DNA of 63,364 bases, filler included, from Klebsormidium nitens (Eukaryota > Plantae > Klebsormidiophyceae): assembly GCA_000708835.1 (NCBI GenBank). It is 4 parts of 4 records of this genome, joined end to end, with 100 filler letters (N's around TTAATTAATTAA, not from the genome) between each part and the next. Parts side by side here need not be neighbours in the genome. Positions count along the whole stretch, not along the records: positions 2,339 to 24,685 come from DF237894.1; positions 24,786 to 42,717 come from DF237978.1; 2 more parts are not named here. One strand, written 5' to 3'. Positions 12,901 to 24,846 of this stretch are shown here, in pieces. How positions within the stretch are numbered: position 1 is the first letter of the stretch; every line of letters begins with the position of its first letter. A model generated the notes under the pieces. The model was not told the origin of the DNA, ran no database searches, and saw nothing but the letters and a program-made list of their open reading frames with translations. A program made the position numbers and the translations under genes.

Positions 12901-15900
12901 CTGTTCCTTGTCTTTCCTTTTCGTAGGGATGAGTATCTGAACGTTTTAAAGGACTACATGCCCTGTGAACATGCAATCTCAGGAGCAGTTCACTGACCAT
13001 CGCCCCTTCTAGAATGAACCATTCTCATCGCCCCCTCCCTTAGGGCCGCGTCCCATTCTCATCGCCCCCTCCCTTAGGGCCGCGTCTCTGTCCAGGAATT
13101 CCCTCGCCCATGAGCTCCCTTTGGCAACCATCGCTTATCCTTGTCTCCAGCTTTCCAACCATTGCTTCTCCCCCCTTTCAGGGCCCCGTCTCTGAGGCCA
13201 TCCAAGACTACCTACGCGCCATAAGCTCGCACTTGTCTTCCTCTCCAACTTTTCAACCATCGCTTATCCCCTTTACAGGGCCGTGTCTCTGAGGCCATCC
13301 AAGCCTACCTACGCCCCATGAGCTCACACTTGTCTTCGTCTGCAAGTTTCCAACCATAGCTTATTTCTCTTTCAGGGCTGCGTCTCCGAGGCCATCCAAG
13401 CCCACCTACGCGCCATGAGTCTGCACTTATTCTCTGTCTCCAAACTTTCCAACCATCGCTTATCCCCTTTTCAGGGCCGCGTCTCCGAGGCCATCCAAGA
13501 CTACCTCCGCGCCGTCAACGTTCGTCCGAGCATGGCCGAGGCGCACGCGAACCTCGCGTCCGCGTACAAGGACAGCGGACTGTCCGAGTCCGCAATCCAG
13601 AGCTACCGCCACGCACTTCTGCTGCGGCCGAGCTTCCCGGAGGCCTTCTGCAACCTGCTCCACACGCTGCAGTGCGTGTGCGACTGGGACGACCGGGAAG
13701 CGCAGTTCGTGCAGCTGGAGAAAGTCATCCGCCAGCAGATAGAGGTGCGTAACCTGCTTCCAAGGGATCATCAGTGAGCAAACAGAGGCGCATCCTGCTC
13801 CCAAACAACTGGCACGTGGCAGTCGTCAAAATTAAGCCCCCGCACTTCAGTACCTTTTTACACTTCGTAACCACCTTCACCTTTCTAGGCTCCTACTTAC
13901 TTCGCAGTAAGGGTCCTTTCCAGCGTGTAGTAGTGGTGGTTCCTTGGAAAGTCATTGCATACCTCCGAAGCAAACCCCCAGAGTCTTCTTATGCGCCCCT
14001 CATTAGTCGCCCTTACATTGGGGTGGTTTTCAGAAAGCCAATGCAGAGTGCCGGAATAAGGCCCCAAGTTTCCATTCCCCCTAGCAAGGTTGCCTCCCTA
14101 CCAAAACCTAGGCGAGCTAACGTTATCTTCACGCAGCTTTTCTTTCTTGCAGATCAGGGTCCTCCCGAGTGTGCAACCATTCCACGCCATTGCGTACCCC
14201 CTAGACACGGACTGGCTCTTGAGGACTAGATCTTCTGAGCCATTGCATACCACCAAAGCCCCCAAAGTTCCAAACGGAAATAACTCCCTAAAAAGTCGTG
14301 AGCCATCTTAATCTCGTACTGGTTTTCCCTCTTGCAGATCAGGGCCCTCCCCAGCGTGCAGCCGTTCCACGCCATTGCGTACCCCCTAGACGCCGGACTG
14401 GCTCTTGAGAACTAGATCTTCTGAGCCATTGCATACCACCAAAGCCCCCGAAGTCCTGAACGGAAATCAACCCCCTGAAAAGTCGGGAGCCATCTTAATC
14501 TCGTTATGGCTTTTCCTCTTGCAGATCAGAGTCCTCCCCAGTGTGCAACCGTTCCACGCCATCGCGTACCCCCTAGACGCCGGACTGGCCCTCGAGATCA
14601 GCAAGAAGTACGCGGAGCACTGCCAGCTGGTGGCCGCGCGCTTCAACCTGCCGCCCTTCACCCACCCCCCTCCCATCCCGCCCAGGGCTCCCAAGGGCAG
14701 CGGCCGCCTGAGAGTGGGGTAAGGAGCGCTGCGAAATTGACTGCTTGCTTTACTCGTTCAGAATTTTGGGCTTGGGCTTTTAGCTCTCATTATATCGAAT
14801 CCGGTTCTAAAACCTGCCGCCCTTCACCCACCACCCTCACCATCCCGCACAGAACTTCTGGGGGCAGCGGTCGCCTGAGAGTGGGGTAAGCAGCGCGGCG
14901 GACTGATTCCTCAGTTACTATTTACGCAGAGTTTCAAGGCCTGGGCTTTTGAACATTATGACATCGGTCTAGGATGTAATACCTATTGCCCTTCACCTAC
15001 CTCCCGTACCATCCCCCCCGGTGCTCTTAGGGCAGGCAGGCAGCCGAGTGAGAATGGGGTGAAGCGTTGGGAACAAAGTGGTCAGAGCTTTTGGGCTCCA
15101 AGGTCTAGCCTCGAGGAATTATGTTTTTTCTTTCAAGACGGCCTTGGTTGGACGAAGGATCACAGGCCCGGTCGGAACTGCGAGTGAGGCGAGAAGCCTT
15201 TCTGTCAGAGCTTACTGAAAGAGCTTAGATGGCTTTGCTGGATGAGAGTTACAGTAAGGCAGCGGCCTCCAGAAAGTGGGAGGCGTAGTGCTGGGGTCAT
15301 GGCTGTAACTGCGGTCGAAGAATATGAGCTTCGATCAATCCGGCAATCTCAGGTGAATGACCGCCTGAGAGCGGGGTGGGTGGTCGTATCTGTACCTTTT
15401 GTTGCTAAAAGGGGAAATCTTGTTGAAACCAAACGGGGAACTTGGACCAGGGCATCTCTTAGAAAGTATTGAACACTGTTTCAATGCCGTTTATGTAGTC
15501 AACAATCTCTGACCCGGTCTTCCTACCCTGCTTTCAGATACGTGAGCAGCGACTTCGGAAACCACCCCCTGTCGCATCTGATGGGATCCGTCTTTGGCAT
15601 GCACAACAGGGACGAAATCGAGGTGAGACCTGAGCGTCTAGTCGTTTTCGTTCTTCGTAGGTCTTCTTGGGCTTGTGATGCATTCCTTGTCCAAAAATGT
15701 ACTGTTATGTGTCATCGATTTGAGCAGGGGTTTTTCTTGCGCTTCGTCGCTTCCTCCGACGGTTTTTGCTATACCTTCTCTGTTCTGCACCGCTTCGCTT
15801 CGGCTGACACTCGAGCTTCAAGTACAAGCCCCTGGATACTGGCATTTTGTTTTCTGTAGACACTTGGTGACAGTTCTCCTCTCATTTCGAAGAGCGTTTG

Positions 15901-18900
15901 TCCTTCATAGCTCCTTTCTTCATGCATATTCCCTGAATGTTCTCTTGAGCTACTACGCTTTGCTCTCGACACTGTCGTCGCTGGTTTTTTCCAGCTGTCC
16001 CATCTCTCACGTTACCGATTGGTGCACTCCTTTTCTAAACACTCTTTCGCTCCTCCACGTCAGGTGCCCTGTCAGGCCCTTTGAAAAGTCGCTAATCTTC
16101 CCACTCTGGGTCCGGGTTCAAAAGTTCTCTTGCGGTGTGCAAGCTCTCCTAATTCCGTTTTCCGCTCCTTTTAGGATTACTTGCCTTGACACTTGGTGAC
16201 TCCGGTGCTATCTTTGCAGGTCTTTTGCTATGCCCTGAGTGTCAACGACGGCTCCGAGTGGCGTCAGCGCATCTCGTCCGAGGCCGAGCACTTTTTCGAC
16301 GTCTCCTCCACGCCCTCGGAACAAATCGCCGCCCAAATCGCCGCCGACCAGATTCAGGTCCTTATCAACCTGAACGGTTATACGAAAGGAGCGCGAAACG
16401 AGATATTTGCGCTTCGGCCGGCACCGATACAGGTGTCATACATGGGCTTTCCGGGGACCACTGGGGCTGAGTACATTGACTACCTGGTTACCGACGAGGT
16501 GAGGACACCGGTTTGGAGGACCCTTTGGAGAGGCAGTGTTTTCCTGCGGATGCAGCGTTTTCCGAAGGATATTTTCCCACAGGAGAGGGTTTGCCATTGT
16601 TGGTCGCTGCAAGACCATCATCAGCGGAACGTGATTCTGGCGTCTTTGCGGCGTTTGATTCTTTCAGGCTTTCATGTGCCAGGTGTCCCCCCGAAGTCGT
16701 TGGTCACCTTGAAGTCCATTCGGATCTCGGTGCAACGAAGTCGTCATCTTGTTTGGAAGCTTGTAAGCTTGGAAGCTTGTACTTGCGGGTTTTTTGTTTT
16801 CAGCGGTGTTTTTTTCAGATTAACCTGTCTTTGAGGTTTGCTATACTTCTACTGCACAACATCCTGGACAAACATTCTTGATGTACATTCTGTCTGTTCT
16901 GGCCTGGAAAGCCATCGCATACTCCAGAAATTGTGACCACGTTCCTCGGCACTCTCTTGTCGTCAGGAAGCTGACTTGCGCGCCCTTTGAATGACTACCC
17001 TCTATGCTCAAAGGACCATTCCTGTGTCCCCCTCCGAAACACCCGCTCCTTCCAGCCAAGTCGCTGAAGAATGAAACTTTGTAAAGAACCGCTCTTCGTT
17101 CTCCCCCCCGCAGTTCGTGTCCCTTTTCAAGAAATCTCCATCTAAGAAACGGGAAACCTACTCCCTTTTGACCGACCTATGAAGACACTATCTGACGTAA
17201 CCAGCCTAGTTCTCTTCCGCAGTTCTCCTCTGAGAGCGCCCCCATCAAAACACCGTCTCAAAATGCTCAGAGATTACTGACATCGGAGGACACCAAACTG
17301 ACGCAAACCGCCCCATTATTGTTTCGCAGCTCGTGTCCCCCTTCAAGAACGCTCCCATGAAAGGACCATCTCAAACTGCTTGGAGAATACTGACACCTGA
17401 GGACACCAAACTGACGCAAACCCCCTCCTTCTCGTTCCGCAGTTCGTGTCCCCCTTCGAGAACGCCCCCATCTACAGCGAGAAGCTGGTCCACTTGCCGC
17501 ACTGCTACTTCGTGAACGACTACAAGCAGTCCAACCGCGACGTGCTCGACCCGCAAAACGCCCCCAAGCGCTCCGACTACGGCCTCCCGGAAGACAAGTT
17601 TTTGTTCTGCTGCTTCAACCAGCTGTACAAAATGGACCCCCAAACGTTTGGCCGCTGGTGCTCGATCCTGAAGCGGGTGCCTAACAGCGCGCTGTGGCTG
17701 CTGCGATTCCCGGCGGCGGGGGAGAGCCGGCTCAAGAGCTGTGAGTTCTCTGTCCATCCTAGTTCCTTTTCAACCTTTCAAGGTACGATGCTATCAGCGG
17801 GCCGCGTCTGCATACTGATTCTGTCCTTTCTCAGCTCAAGGGGGAGTCTTATTGAATTGGATTCGGCAACCCTTCTGAGCATGGTGCGTTTGTCTGATCA
17901 ACATGGCCTTTCGACTGTGATCAAGCTAACGCACTCCAACTGTATCCTCGCCTTGGTTATATGCAGAAGGTTCACCGTTTTCTCGTGTCGTCCATCGACG
18001 AGTTCATGGACCAACCTATGCGTGGACTTGGACTAGACTGCTTATACCAAAAGCTTTTTGAGTAACGAAATAAACCGGACGTCAATTGTCTGATTCCGAA
18101 TTAAACGTCATACGTCTGTACCTCTCTTACGTGCCTCTTGTCCCCAAACCCAGAACAGCGTTCTCAACGCCCTCCGCCTTGCTTCCTTCCAGGGGCCGTC
18201 TCTTACGGCGTCCATCCAGACCAGATCATCTTCACGGACGTCGCCGGGAAGAGCGAGCACATCCGGCGCAGCGCCCTCGCGGACCTTTTCCTAGACACCC
18301 CGCTCTGCAACGCGCACACGACCGGCACCGACGTCCTGTGGGCGGGCTGTCCGATCGTCACGCTCCCGCTGCAGAAAATGGCGACCCGAGTCGCGGGGTC
18401 GCTGTGCATTGCGGCGGGGTGTGGAAAGGAGATGGTTGTATCAAGGTAAGGGGAACAAGTGATGCCTGAACTGCTTGAGGCATTTGGTAACGACTGCACC
18501 AAAGTATCAAGCGATACACAATGGAACAAGTGACTCGTCTCGTCTGTGTCAACGAACGACGGCAGATATCGTCCATACTTGCAGCTTGACAATCTGAAGC
18601 TCGAAAGACTTTTAGTGACGGTTACTTGAAGAGGCAAAGTCGAAGGGAGACTTAGATCACGAGGTACCTTGACCTGAGGTTTGAATAAGATGCACCTGAC
18701 CAGCTTTTTCAAACTCAACCTACTGCCGCCGCCGCACAATGTACCAAGCTGGAGCGTACCTACCTAAGGTACCTACTCTTGTCCTCTTGAAAGCAGTAAG
18801 GTTGCAACTTGCTACACCTACCGTACTTGCCCAGCCATGAGGTACCTAGTTAGTTACCTATCGACGTTTTTGTTCGCCGTAGGTTCTCAGCTCCCATCTC

Positions 18901-20922
18901 CTGAATCGAGTCTGACAGGCGCTCCCTTCTTGTAATCCGTGCAGCTGGGACGAGTATGAGGAGACGGCTGTCATGTACGCCACTAACCCGGCTAAGCTCA
19001 AGGCCGTCACGGAGAAACTGCGGGCGGGGCGGCTCACGTGCCCTCTCTTCGACACGAAACGATGGGTGAGCAAAGATGTGCAGTCTGAAAAGGTTTCGAT
19101 TGAGTAGTGACGTCACAAGATGGAGAGCTTGTTTTGGTCAGAGACAGCACTCATTCTTGATAGGAAAAGGGAAAGAAGGCCCGCCTGCTTCAGAAGCTTG
19201 TGGAAACATACTTCGTGACTTACCGAGTTTCTTTCTGTTGTACATTGAGGAGAAGGTATGCAGTGTGACGTCGAAGCGAGGAGTGTCCTGAGTTCTACTG
19301 TGTCGTTGCAACGAGGATTGATCTTTATTTTTACTGATTTTGGGATTCCCCAATTCAAGGTGATAATGGACGTTGTTGATGCCTCTCGCGGGGTTTGTAC
19401 CCGGTTCCTGTTTTGGCTACTCGGTTCCTGTTTCGGCTCCATAAGTACAGGAAAGTCTGCTTGTCAAGTGAAGGAGCACGAGCTTCAAGGACGAGATGGT
19501 TCGACAGCGCTCGCTTCTCCATCTGCGAGGGGATTTGAGACGGGTTTCGGAAGTCGGTTTCGCATTCGACACCCGTCTTTACACCCCACCTGAGACTTAT
19601 GCATCTGCAGTGTCAAAATTTCATGAATAAAAGCATCGAACCCAGAAGTTGTTTCTTCTCTCCAGGTCAAGAACATGGACACCGCGCTCAAGAAGATGTG
19701 GCGTCTCCACTGCGACGGGCAGCCGGTACAACACTTCAAGGTGTTCGAGAACGAGCGCGTCTTCGATTCCGAGGGATCCCCCTCCCTCCTGGGTGCCAAA
19801 ACCCCAGGCAGTGGTGCGCTCGCGCTCTCCGCTTTCTACTCCCTCATGCCAGCCGCGAGCCTGGACATCCCCCCGCAGACGAGCGGCAGGGACGGGGGGT
19901 TCGGAGCGCCCCTGCAGCCGGCCCCCCACCGCGACTTCAGCAGCCTGCGGGCGCTGTCGGGCGCGAATGCGCATTTTGGAGGAGGGGGGTCCGGTTACGT
20001 GGGCGCCCAGAACGAGCCGGAAACCTCTGGGAGGGGGTACGTGCTGCAGGAGCAGCAGACCCCCCCAACCGAACAGGATGTGGCTTCCTTTCTGAGGGGG
20101 GGGATCCGGCAACGGAAGGCCCCGGGTTATTATGCGTCTGACTCTAATGCTGGTCTCGGAATGGGAGGTCTGGAGGGGTATGTGGGATCTAGCGCTTATG
20201 ATGGTTCGGCGGGTGTTGGCAGTCTGGCGAACTTTGGAAGCGCGGGAGGGGATGATTTTAAGGCTCTGGACGCTAGTGCGGTGCGGCGCGAGTTACTCTG
20301 GAAGAATCAATCTGGAGGTGCGGTTAACGGGCACGTCGGCGCAGGGATTGGGGACAGAAGCAGTCAGCGCATGGGAGACTGGAAGTCGGTGGGGTTATCG
20401 GCAGACCAGGCGGCTGGGTTATCCGCAAACCGTGCAGTTTTAACGAACGGGAAGCTGCCGTCGGGGTATCATATCAGCGGTGGACTGGGGCTGACGCTTC
20501 AAATGGGAGATTCGGATGTGCCGCAGATGAATTCGGACGGGTTCAGGGACGGATCGGACGTAGCCCGGGGGACGAAAGGGGGCAGCCGGCCAGCTGCCGA
20601 GTGGACTTTCCAGAACGGGGCCGGGTTTGAAAATGGGAACGTACAAAGGGAGGATTGGGGTTCGGCATTTGTCCGAAAGAGGGAAGTCAGGGAGGGCACT
20701 GCGAGTGCGCCGATAGACATAGAGGGTCTGGACGCAGTAGGTTCGGCGAAGGATCCGATTAGAATTGGAGAGCGAGAAGACCCAGGCGCGCTGCGTTGGG
20801 AGAGGGCTGGGAGGGCTCCTGCGGGTGCCGCCAAGCCCCGTGGTTACACCGTGATCAGTTTACAACAAGAGCTTCCAGAGTCCATCCCAAAAGACGTAAG
20901 CAGGGGAAGCGGATATAGTTAG
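6914..20922 (+). CDS. SEC: O-GlcNAc transferase, SECRET AGENT type (TPR array plus Glyco_transf_41 catalytic region) with long C-terminal extension, ~1364 aa
   Basis: 17 phase-consistent GT-AG exons: 6914-7085, 8513-8655, 9166-9264, 9573-9623, 9833-9949, 10621-10860, 11480-11668, 12052-12173, 12470-12674, 13475-13744, 14525-14718, 15538-15622, 16220-16498, 17443-17740, 18193-18445, 18945-19065, 19666-20922. Motifs matching plant SEC: [70 protein letters not shown]. Exon 1 is the least certain. Confidence 0.95.
13020..13474 (+). repeat. Tandem copies of the SEC exon-10 3' splice site plus exon start
   Basis: Extra AG|GGCC-type junctions with pseudo-exon starts at 13044, 13078, 13182, 13279 and 13376; the real start is 13475. 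The last three units are 97, 97 and 99 bp. Confidence 0.9.
14120..14524 (+). repeat. Tandem copies of the SEC exon-11 3' splice site plus ~70 nt of exon
   Basis: TTGCAG|ATCAG(G/A)G(T/C)CCTCCC with starts at 14153, 14338 and the real 14525; units of 185 and 187 bp. Confidence 0.92.
14719..15385 (+). repeat. Tandem copies of the SEC exon-11 end plus 5' splice site
   Basis: CGCCTGAGAGTGGG|GTAAG at 14719 (real) and 14886; more decayed GT copies at 15059 and 15376. Confidence 0.8.
17020..17442 (+). repeat. Tandem copies of the SEC exon-14 3' splice site plus exon start
   Basis: CGCAG|(T/C)TCGTGTCCC-type starts at 17114, 17223 (decayed), 17330 and the real 17443, with a further remnant near 17020; units of 107-113 bp. 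Confidence 0.85.
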
Positions 20923-22761
20923 GAGTCCAGGCAGTCGTGACCAGCTTATAGGAGCGATTGGAGATACGGGTCATGTGGTCTGGATTGGTTGATTGCATCA
21001 GGAGTGAGCGCACCGCATTGTTCCGTCTTGTGCTTCGAGTCCACGGTTGTATAGTAGTCGCTCATTAGGACAGTGAAGGAGCACCCGCTGGTGTCTTCGT
21101 TTAGAAGATGGCATCTTCGCATGTATACGGAGAGTTTTTAGTAGATACTCATAAAAGCCCGGTTGTAAACAAGCCCGGCTTACCTCCGCTTGACAATAAA
21201 GTCTTATAAGATCATAGCTGAGGAACATCATCTTGGCTGCGCATGCAATGTGTGGCCTTGGTTGCAAGAAAAACTTGTCCTTCGAAGTTGGCAAGGAACC
21301 TAGAACCAAGCGTTGTGATAAATGCAGTGCACCGGCCTGGTGTTGAATGCAAACCTAGGATTCACCAAATGTTATTTGGATGCCGAATTTTGCCGTAAAC
21401 CAGTGTCGAGCCTTTCGTATTGTCTGGTTAATGGTCCGAGTCCGACCGTCAAGAGTTGGAATATATATGTGTCCGGGCGACGACTGGGATAGGTCCGAAA
21501 CTTGAAAGCTTGGTTGTACGTGATCGAACATAAGACGCTCCGGCGCAAATTAATTTCGATCAGGACCATATAAGGTCAAGGTTGCTATACTTGATGTAAC
21601 GTCTTTTTTGTTGCATGGCATATGTGTGGCCTGACTTGCATTTTGTATCCTGAGGCGCTTTTCAGTGATAGGAGGAACAATACTGCATACATGGCGCATA
21701 TACGTGCTAATATATAGGCCATAGGGTACCTAACTTAACAATATGCCACTCCGATCCGCCTTCATGCACATGTGCCTCCAAAGGAAAGACTCCGACTCAG
21801 TGCTAAGAATTGCCTAGAACCTCCATTCAATCTCGGTTAAGTTGCATGAGCACCGTCCATTGAAAACAATCAAATTCTGAAATGCAGGCATGCACATGCC
21901 AGACTCAGCCCATCATTATTCTAGCTAGTCCACGAACATGGGGATCAATGCCAGTGAAATGCAACCATAACTGCACATACAAACTCGATCACCAGCCGGG
22001 GGAGACAGAGAGAGAAGTAAACACCTTATAGATGAAGATAAGAGATCGAAATAATGGCAAAGGTACAAGACGTGGCAAGTTCTGATGCAGTCGGTTTCTG
22101 TACAGTGCATGAATTGCGCACGAGGGCAGTCTCTGAACTTGCAACCCTGCTCATCTAGACTGCATTACATAATCACTGTCAAACACGACCCAACTCTTAT
22201 AGACAAACGGTGAGGTTATGACCAGTGCTCAGTCGTCCAGACTGTGTTATGTTGCCAATCACGACCCTTAACTCATTCAGACAGATGGATGAGGTGGGTT
22301 GCGGCGCAGCTATCATCCGCATCCTTTACGAGAAGCCGATTATAACGTGGATCCAGACAGTCCCATGAGGCAGGTTTCGACCCTGCTCATCTGAGCCCTC
22401 ACAGAATATTGGGATGGAAAAAAGATGGTCAAATGTTGGAATCCGTGGAGAGACTCAGCAGACAACACTGCCCACTCCAATTCAAGCTTTCAGGCTGATG
22501 CCTCCACGTTCATGTGCTGCGGCATTCCGTTAACCAGCGGTTACTACTCTTACGATGGCAGGATTTATTGGCCCCAACCAACCCTGGGTCTCTGGCCCAG
22601 TCTCAAATTCGCCTCTGCTCCATCCACCGCGCGTAAGGCGCAACCCGTACAAAACAGGATGGATGTGTTTACAATTCTGAGTCACCACCACCTAATCTAA
22701 CCTTCACTAGCTTTCAACATTGTTCTGGTTCTCAGCTCAAGAACAAGAACTCTGTACAATC

Positions 22762-23616
22762 TTAAGCACATAGACGCGATATGCGCCTCAACATTGACGG
22801 CTGTTGTTCTGGCACTACATGCCCCTGAGTACTACTCGGTACCTGACTTCTTGTCCCTTTGGGCCCTCTTTTGTTGTGGCCTAAAGAGGGCCGTGGCCTC
22901 CATTCTTTTGTTGCCCTAGCTGCTTTCGCCCTCTCAACTGCTGAAAGCTCTCGCCGAGTCCTCTTACTTATTTGGAGCAAGGGCGGGAGCGTTTCAGGCG
23001 TGGTGCTTGGAGATGCACTCAAGGCACGTCTTGCTTCCTGTTTCTGAATCTCTGCATTGGCTGACGTGCTCAGCATCTCCAATGGCAATTTACATTGCGG
23101 TCTGACAGGTGTAACAGGTTGGATTTCATCCCTGCCTGCTATATTTGTTTCTGGGGAGGTCGTGTGTTGAATTTTGATGTTTTTTTCATGGATTTCTTCG
23201 CTGGACGAAGTTTCACTCTGCTGTGGGCTACTGTCAGTGGAAGTTTCACGGGTGTGGCCCACTCTAAATATAAGGTTTCGATCACTGGTACAAGCTGTAA
23301 GCCTATCGCAGACTCTGATGATTTGCAGGTGGATTGTGTCAGCCCAAATTGCCTTTTTCAAAGGAGGCGCTGAACACTCTTGCAGAACCTCTTGCGCATC
23401 GTTCAGAACTTCTTGCAGATTCGCCAGCCACAATCTCTGACCCTTAATGTCACTGCTGTTACTTATGTCCTGAGCGCCCCAGTTCTCTAGGTGATGCAAC
23501 ACAAGTTTCAACCTATTCCTCAAATGAGAGGCGTCCTCCTCATTCCTCTCAAACTTTCTGCGAGTGTCAATGATCTTTTTCACGAGCAGCACACACGCTC
23601 TAATTCCTGCCTCCAT
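22762..23616 (-). CDS. Intronless protein with an N-terminal MLKL/RPW8-like four-helix coiled coil and a disordered C-terminus, 284 aa
   Basis: The N-terminal ~115 aa show the amphipathic pattern IRACVLLVKKIIDTRRKFERNEEDASHLRNRLKLVLHHLE...LANLQEVLNDAQEVLQEC...IWADTIHLQIIRVCDRL. The rest is S/T/P/E/R-rich. Family assigned by eye. Confidence 0.55.
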   Translation of the reverse strand: MEAGIRACVLLVKKIIDTRRKFERNEEDASHLRNRLKLVLHHLENWGAQDISNSSDIKGQRLWLANLQEVLNDAQEVLQECSAPPLKKAIWADTIHLQIIRVCDRLTACTSDRNLIFRVGHTRETSTDSSPQQSETSSSEEIHEKNIKIQHTTSPETNIAGRDEIQPVTPVRPQCKLPLEMLSTSANAEIQKQEARRALSASPSTTPETLPPLLQISKRTRRELSAVERAKAARATKEWRPRPSLGHNKRGPKGTRSQVPSSTQGHVVPEQQPSMLRRISRLCA

Positions 23617-24785
23617 GTCAGAGGATCATGTCCCCCATTGCTTGCGGGTTCATCCTTCCCTGACATCCGTTTGCAGGAGAGTCGATTAAAGCGCTCTAAG
23701 AAGAGCGAGTTCAACCTCAAGACTGAGTTCAGCTGCATGCCAGCTACAAATCATGGCAGCCAGCTTCGGTGGGGGTTCCCTCGGCCGGTGACGATCGCCC
23801 CTTTACAGTTTACACAGGCTGTAGCCGTAGACCGTACTACAGCACTTACTAGTACCAGGTACGGTACCTGATTTTGTTGCAAGTTCATGCCACGGGTACC
23901 TTCAACGGTGGGTATGTACCGTTGGTGATAGGTTCAGGCAGTCTGACCGGGGGGGAAGAGCGGGGGTAATAAAACTTGATGAAATTGTCTAGCTTGGACG
24001 AATGGCCGCGCTAGCGGCCCCTCGATGTTTTAAATTACCTATCTGGAAAATTGAAGCGAGATCGATTACCTAAATGCCTAAATCAACAAAATTAAATAGG
24101 TAGGCGGTTGACGAATACCGGTGGGCGCCGGTATTGCTCCAGTTGGGGTCTCTAGTACTCTCTATGGTGCCGTTTTGGTCCCCGGCCGCGCCGCTTCTCA
24201 GTCCTGATCTAGATTTTCCGCCAATCACAGGGGGCCTACCAAATGAAGTTCGAAGTTAAATAAACGGCCAGGATCCGCCCGGATGGATCGGACGGCGCAC
24301 GTTCGACAATGGTCGTGCCGGAGTTGGCAGTGACGCTAAATTTTCTTGCATGTACCGGAGAGGACTGCCACGTCACCACCTGCGAAGGTTCGCGAGACAT
24401 TTCGAAACCTCGGGCGTCGAACCATCGAAACTTAGGGCTAAGCGACCGGGACCACCGGCCGAGGTCGGGCTTTAGGTACTTAGGGAGAGGGCATCGGGCC
24501 AAATAGGCAAGTTCGAGGGCCCGGTATTCCCGGACCGGGTAGCAGGAGGCAGGATGGAGGCGCACGGGGCTTAGGAAGATCCGGCCCCCTCAGAGTAGGC
24601 CAAGGAAGGGGTGGTAACCATGGAGTCTCAAGCTAGTCTTCAGCATTTCAGCAGTGGGCTTGGTCACATTGAGCAAGGTAGCCTGNNNNNNNNNNNNNNN
24701 NNNNNNNNNNNNNNNNNNNNNNNNNNNNNTTAATTAATTAANNNNNNNNNNNNNNNNNNNNNNNNNNNNNNNNNNNNNNNNNNNN

Positions 24786-24846
24786 GCCACTCGGGCCACA
24801 CTGGCGCCAGTGTGGCCCGAGTGGCAGTGCGCAAATACTTCTAACA
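24786..24846 (-). mobile_element. Palindromic terminus of the tRNA-headed element (partial, next to gap)
   Basis: Identical to the distal 61 bp of the 82-bp palindrome at 41806-41887; abuts copia integrase-linker sequence. Confidence 0.8.

Noticed and set aside
13182-14400. Mutually exclusive exons
   Set aside because: The copies contain only the exon start and I saw no consistent donor closing them in frame.
13020-14524. Repeat-spacer-like periodicity suggesting a CRISPR array
   Set aside because: Units are copies of the host splice junction in a eukaryotic intron; no cas genes and no unique spacers.
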